Source: an uncultured Spirochaetota bacterium (lineage in GTDB: Bacteria; Spirochaetota; Spirochaetia; SZUA-6; CAVTHK01). Taken from it: a DNA stretch of 64,000 nt. Location of the stretch: contig CAVTHK010000001.1 in the NCBI GenBank assembly GCA_963734495.1, positions 320,001 to 384,000 of the forward strand, given 5' to 3'. The notes beneath the pieces are model-generated. The model was not told the DNA's origin. It saw only the letters and a program-made list of their open reading frames with translations, and ran no database searches. The translations under genes and the position numbers were made by a program. The stretch's first letter is position 1. Every line of letters starts with the position of its first letter. Below, piece after piece: positions 60,734 to 64,000 of the stretch.

Positions 60734-61330
60734 TCACGGCTCGACGAACAACTCGTCCAGCGTGACTGCCAGGCCCTGGCACACCAGAGACCTGGCCTCG
60801 GCATCGCCCATCAGCACGAGAGGGTCGCCGTAGCGGCCGTCGGTTCCGAGCCTGTAAACATGCAAGAAACGGTTACCCGGATCGACGACCCAGTACTCCG
60901 CGACCCGATGCTTCTCGTACAAGGCGAACTTCTCGCTGAGATCCTTCTTGGTGGTGAAGGGCGAGAGGATCTCCACGACCAGGTCGGGTGCACCGTAGCA
61001 GCCCCAGGCTCTGAGCCTGGAGCGGTCGCAGACCACGGAGATGTCCGGCTGGACCACTGTGGTGACTTGATCCTCAGGCTGCCCGGGCCGGTCGGCCAGA
61101 ACCACATCAAAGGGCAGAGGAAACACGGTGCAGGGCCGGCCGACTGCCCAGGATCCGATGATGCGCGTGAGCGCCGCGACAACGGCCTGGTGACGCATCG
61201 AGGGCGCCGGGCTCATGTTCCAGGCGGTGCCCTCGATGAGCTCCCAGCGGTCATCGCCCGGCCAACGCTTGTAGTCGGCGTAGGTGTAGACGCGATCGAG
61301 CTTGCGTGCCGGTAGTCCCATGCGGCGCAT
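60734..61330 (-). CDS. Uma2 (DUF820) family endonuclease
   Basis: YTYADY, WELIEG, QPDI, APDLVVEILSP, EYWVVDP. Confidence 0.93.
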   Translation of the reverse strand: MRRMGLPARKLDRVYTYADYKRWPGDDRWELIEGTAWNMSPAPSMRHQAVVAALTRIIGSWAVGRPCTVFPLPFDVVLADRPGQPEDQVTTVVQPDISVVCDRSRLRAWGCYGAPDLVVEILSPFTTKKDLSEKFALYEKHRVAEYWVVDPGNRFLHVYRLGTDGRYGDPLVLMGDAEARSLVCQGLAVTLDELFVEP

Positions 61331-61492
61331 CCCTTCGAGTATACCCTTCCCAACGCATCGGCGGAACGCAGCACATTGGCCGGCGCCGATGCGGCCGCTG
61401 CCCGGAGCGCTTCGGCAGCAGGAATGGCCGGCTGCGACGCGGGCTCCGCGCTCAAGCCCTGTGGGGCATCAGATGCGCTATACTGGCACCCG

Positions 61493-62584
61493 ATGAGCTT
61501 TCTCGACGAGCTGACCACGGAGCAGCCCAACCCGGCATCGCAGGGCATAGACGCCAAGTCGACGCGCGAGATCCTCGAGATCATCAACTCCGAGGACCGC
61601 AAGGTGCCCGCCGCGGTCGCCGCAACGCTCGACTCGATCGCCCGCGTCGTCGACGCCGCGGTCGCCGGGTTCAGAAGCGGCGGCCGCCTCTTCTACGTCG
61701 GCGCAGGCACATCCGGCCGCCTCGGCGTTCTGGACGCCGCCGAGTGCCCGCCCACCTACGGCGTTCCGCCCGAGATGGTGCAGGGGATCATCGCGGGCGG
61801 GCCCGACGCGCTCACCCGCTCCATCGAAGGCGCCGAGGACGACGAGGCAGCCGGCGGCCGGATCATCGACGACCGCGGCCTCGCCGCGGGCGACGTCCTG
61901 GTCGGCATCACGGCGAGCGGGCAGGCGCCCTTCGTGATCGGAGCGATGAAGCGCGCGCGCGAGCGCGGCGCGACCGTCGCGGCGCTCAGCTGCAACCGCG
62001 GCTCGCGCACCTTCGAGCACGCCGACCACGTCATCTTCGTCGACGTCGGCCCGGAGATCGTCTCCGGGTCCACGCGCATGAAATCGGGCACGGCCCAGAA
62101 GCTGGTGCTCAACATGATCAGCACGGCGGCGATGATCCGGCTGGGCAAGGTCTACAACAACCTGATGGTCGACCTGCGGCCGGTGAACAGCAAGCTCGTG
62201 CGCCGCTCGCAGCGCCTCATCCGCATCGCCACCGGCTGCGACGAGCCCGCCGCTGAGCGCGCCTTCGAGGCCTCCGGCCGCAGGCCGAAGACCGCGATCG
62301 TGATGGTGCTGCTGGGGTGCAGCCGCGAGGAGGCCGAGCTCCTGCTGGAAGCGAGCGAAGGCCGGATCGGCCTGGCCGTGGAGAAGGCGGGCCCCTCGAA
62401 GGCTCGGGGCTTGGGACTTGGCGAAGACGCCACAGAGGGCCCCTCGAAGGCTCGGGGCTTGGGACTTGGCGAGGACGCCACAGAGGGCCCCTCGAAGGCT
62501 CGGGGCTTGGGACTTGGCGAGGACGCCACAGAGGGCCCCTCGAAGGCTCGGGGCTTGGGACTTGGCGAGGACGCCAAGTCATAG
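61493..62584 (+). CDS. murQ: N-acetylmuramic acid 6-phosphate etherase with repeat-derived C-terminal extension
   Basis: GAGTSGRLGVLDAAECPPT, EGAEDD, GSTRMKSGTAQK, NLMVD; start at ATG 61493. Confidence 0.95.
   Translation: MSFLDELTTEQPNPASQGIDAKSTREILEIINSEDRKVPAAVAATLDSIARVVDAAVAGFRSGGRLFYVGAGTSGRLGVLDAAECPPTYGVPPEMVQGIIAGGPDALTRSIEGAEDDEAAGGRIIDDRGLAAGDVLVGITASGQAPFVIGAMKRARERGATVAALSCNRGSRTFEHADHVIFVDVGPEIVSGSTRMKSGTAQKLVLNMISTAAMIRLGKVYNNLMVDLRPVNSKLVRRSQRLIRIATGCDEPAAERAFEASGRRPKTAIVMVLLGCSREEAELLLEASEGRIGLAVEKAGPSKARGLGLGEDATEGPSKARGLGLGEDATEGPSKARGLGLGEDATEGPSKARGLGLGEDAKS
62389..62580 (+). repeat. 48-bp tandem array, 4 units (array B), inside the murQ 3' end
   Basis: Unit GGGCCCCTCGAAGGCTCGGGGCTTGGGACTTGGCGAGGACGCCACAGA; last unit ends CGCCAAGTC, then ATAGGAGG. 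Confidence 0.97.
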
Positions 62585-62594
62585 GAGGTCAAGA

Positions 62595-63335
62595 ATGAAG
62601 GTCACTGCCCTCTTGATCGTCGCGCTCGCGGCGGCGCCGGCGTTCGCGCCCTCGGCCGGGGCCCAGGCGCAGCCCGCGCCCCCGGTCGACCAGTTCATCA
62701 CCGATGCAGGATCGCTTTCCATCACCTTCATCGCGCACGCGACGCTGATGCTGCAGCTCGGCCCGCTGGTGATCCACGTCGACCCGGTGGGCCGCTACGC
62801 CGACTACGGCACGATGCCCAAGGCCGACATCGTTCTGGTCACCCACGAGCACGGCGACCATCTCGACCCCGCGGCGATCCAGAAGATCCGCAAGGAAGAC
62901 ACGGCGATCATCGCCAGCGCGAGCGCGGCCGCGAAGATCCCGGGCGCGAGCGTGATGAAGAACGGCGACAAGGCCACGATCAAGGGAGTCGGGATCGAGG
63001 CCGTGCCCGCTTACAACACGACGCAGGCGAGGCTCTCCTTCCACCCGAAGGGCCGCGACAACGGCTACCTGCTCACGATCGGCGGCAAGCGCGTCTACAT
63101 AGCCGGCGATACCGAGGACACCCCCGAGCTCAAGGCCCTGCGCAACATAGACATCGCGTTCCTGCCGATGAACCTGCCGTACACCATGACCCCGGAGCAG
63201 GTGGCCTCGGCGGCGCTGGCCATCCGGCCCGGGGTGCTCTACCCCTATCACTACGGGGAGACGGACGTCGGGCTGCTGCAGCAGATGCTCAAGGGCGAAC
63301 GCGGGATCGAGGTGCGCATCCGGCCGATGCAGTGA
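62595..63335 (+). CDS. secreted MBL-fold metallo-hydrolase
   Basis: Signal peptide, THEHGDHLD, YIAGDT, YPYHY; AGGAGG SD. Confidence 0.9.
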   Translation: MKVTALLIVALAAAPAFAPSAGAQAQPAPPVDQFITDAGSLSITFIAHATLMLQLGPLVIHVDPVGRYADYGTMPKADIVLVTHEHGDHLDPAAIQKIRKEDTAIIASASAAAKIPGASVMKNGDKATIKGVGIEAVPAYNTTQARLSFHPKGRDNGYLLTIGGKRVYIAGDTEDTPELKALRNIDIAFLPMNLPYTMTPEQVASAALAIRPGVLYPYHYGETDVGLLQQMLKGERGIEVRIRPMQ

Positions 63336-63382
63336 GGCGGCGCCGGGTGGCCGGCCGCGTCAAGTTCTGTTATTTTGGACCG

Positions 63383-64000
63383 ATGAAATACAATCGGCTC
63401 GGCAAGGCCGGCATCCAGGTGAGCGAGCTTTCGTTCGGCTCGTGGGTCACCTTTGGCACGCAGGTCAACATGGCGTCGGCGAAACAGCTGATGCGCAAGG
63501 CGTTCGATGCCGGCGTGAACTTCTTCGACAACGCGGAGGCGTACGAGGCGGGCGCCTCCGAGGCGGTGATGGGCGAGGCGCTCAAGGGCTTCCGCCGCGA
63601 GGAGGTCGTCGTCTCGACCAAGATCTACTTCGGCACGGCCAAGGGCCCGAACCTCACGGGGCTCTCGCGAAAGCACCTCACGGAGGGGCTCAAGGCATCG
63701 CTGCAGCGGCTGCGCCTCGACTACGTCGACCTGGTGTTCTGCCACAGGCCGGACCCCGAGACGCCGATCGAGGAGACCGTGCTCGCGCTGAGCGACCTGG
63801 TGCGCGCGGGCTATGCCTTCTACTGGGGCACCTCGGAGTGGAGCGCTCAAGCGATCGAAGAGGCGATCCGCATCGCCCGTGACTACCGCGCGATCGCCCC
63901 GAGCATGGAGCAGCCGCAGTACAACATGTTCTGGCGGGACCGCTTCGAAAAGGAGTACCGGGGCCTCTTCGAGACCCACAAGTACGGCACGACGATCTGG
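63383..64000 (+). CDS. aldo/keto reductase, Kv-beta-like (runs off window end)
   Basis: Not in ORF track. MKYNRLGKAGIQVSELSFGSWVTFG...FFDNAEAY...STK...HRPD...YWGTSEW. Confidence 0.92.
   Translation, partial: MKYNRLGKAGIQVSELSFGSWVTFGTQVNMASAKQLMRKAFDAGVNFFDNAEAYEAGASEAVMGEALKGFRREEVVVSTKIYFGTAKGPNLTGLSRKHLTEGLKASLQRLRLDYVDLVFCHRPDPETPIEETVLALSDLVRAGYAFYWGTSEWSAQAIEEAIRIARDYRAIAPSMEQPQYNMFWRDRFEKEYRGLFETHKYGTTIW

Overview
64 kb of very GC-rich bacterial chromosome; the cysteine-less '...WASGGGE/WAGG...' leaders of the solute-binding proteins suggest an uncultured spirochaete (inference only). It is mostly carbohydrate and amino-sugar metabolism. There is a LacI-associated L-fucoside/L-galactoside locus (family-5 ABC importer, GH29, GHL6-like hydrolase, aldo-keto reductase, Zn-dehydrogenase), a second GH29 divergent from a GH95, a GH5, and a peptidoglycan-recycling set (NamZ-like, AmiE-like, sugar kinase, sugar ABC, murQ). 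Also present are metR-metE, carB coupled to a glutaminase-less GMP synthase, a P3A-type H+-ATPase, a Tet(L)-like MFS, c-di-GMP enzymes and three toxin-antitoxin modules. I found no rRNA, tRNA, CRISPR array, integrase or transposase. The most unusual signals are five. (1) A 48-bp structured tandem-repeat family at two loci 47 kb apart, with compensatory base-pair changes; each array ends in a 9-bp hairpin abutting the SD and ATG of the next gene, and one is translated as the MurQ C-terminus. (2) A GH29 carrying a 120-aa histone-H1-like basic tail. (3) A single-chain HEPN-MNT fusion. (4) Many apparently leaderless genes and a probable ATT start codon. (5) A cluster of four single-base frameshifts at 55.5-58.3 kb.
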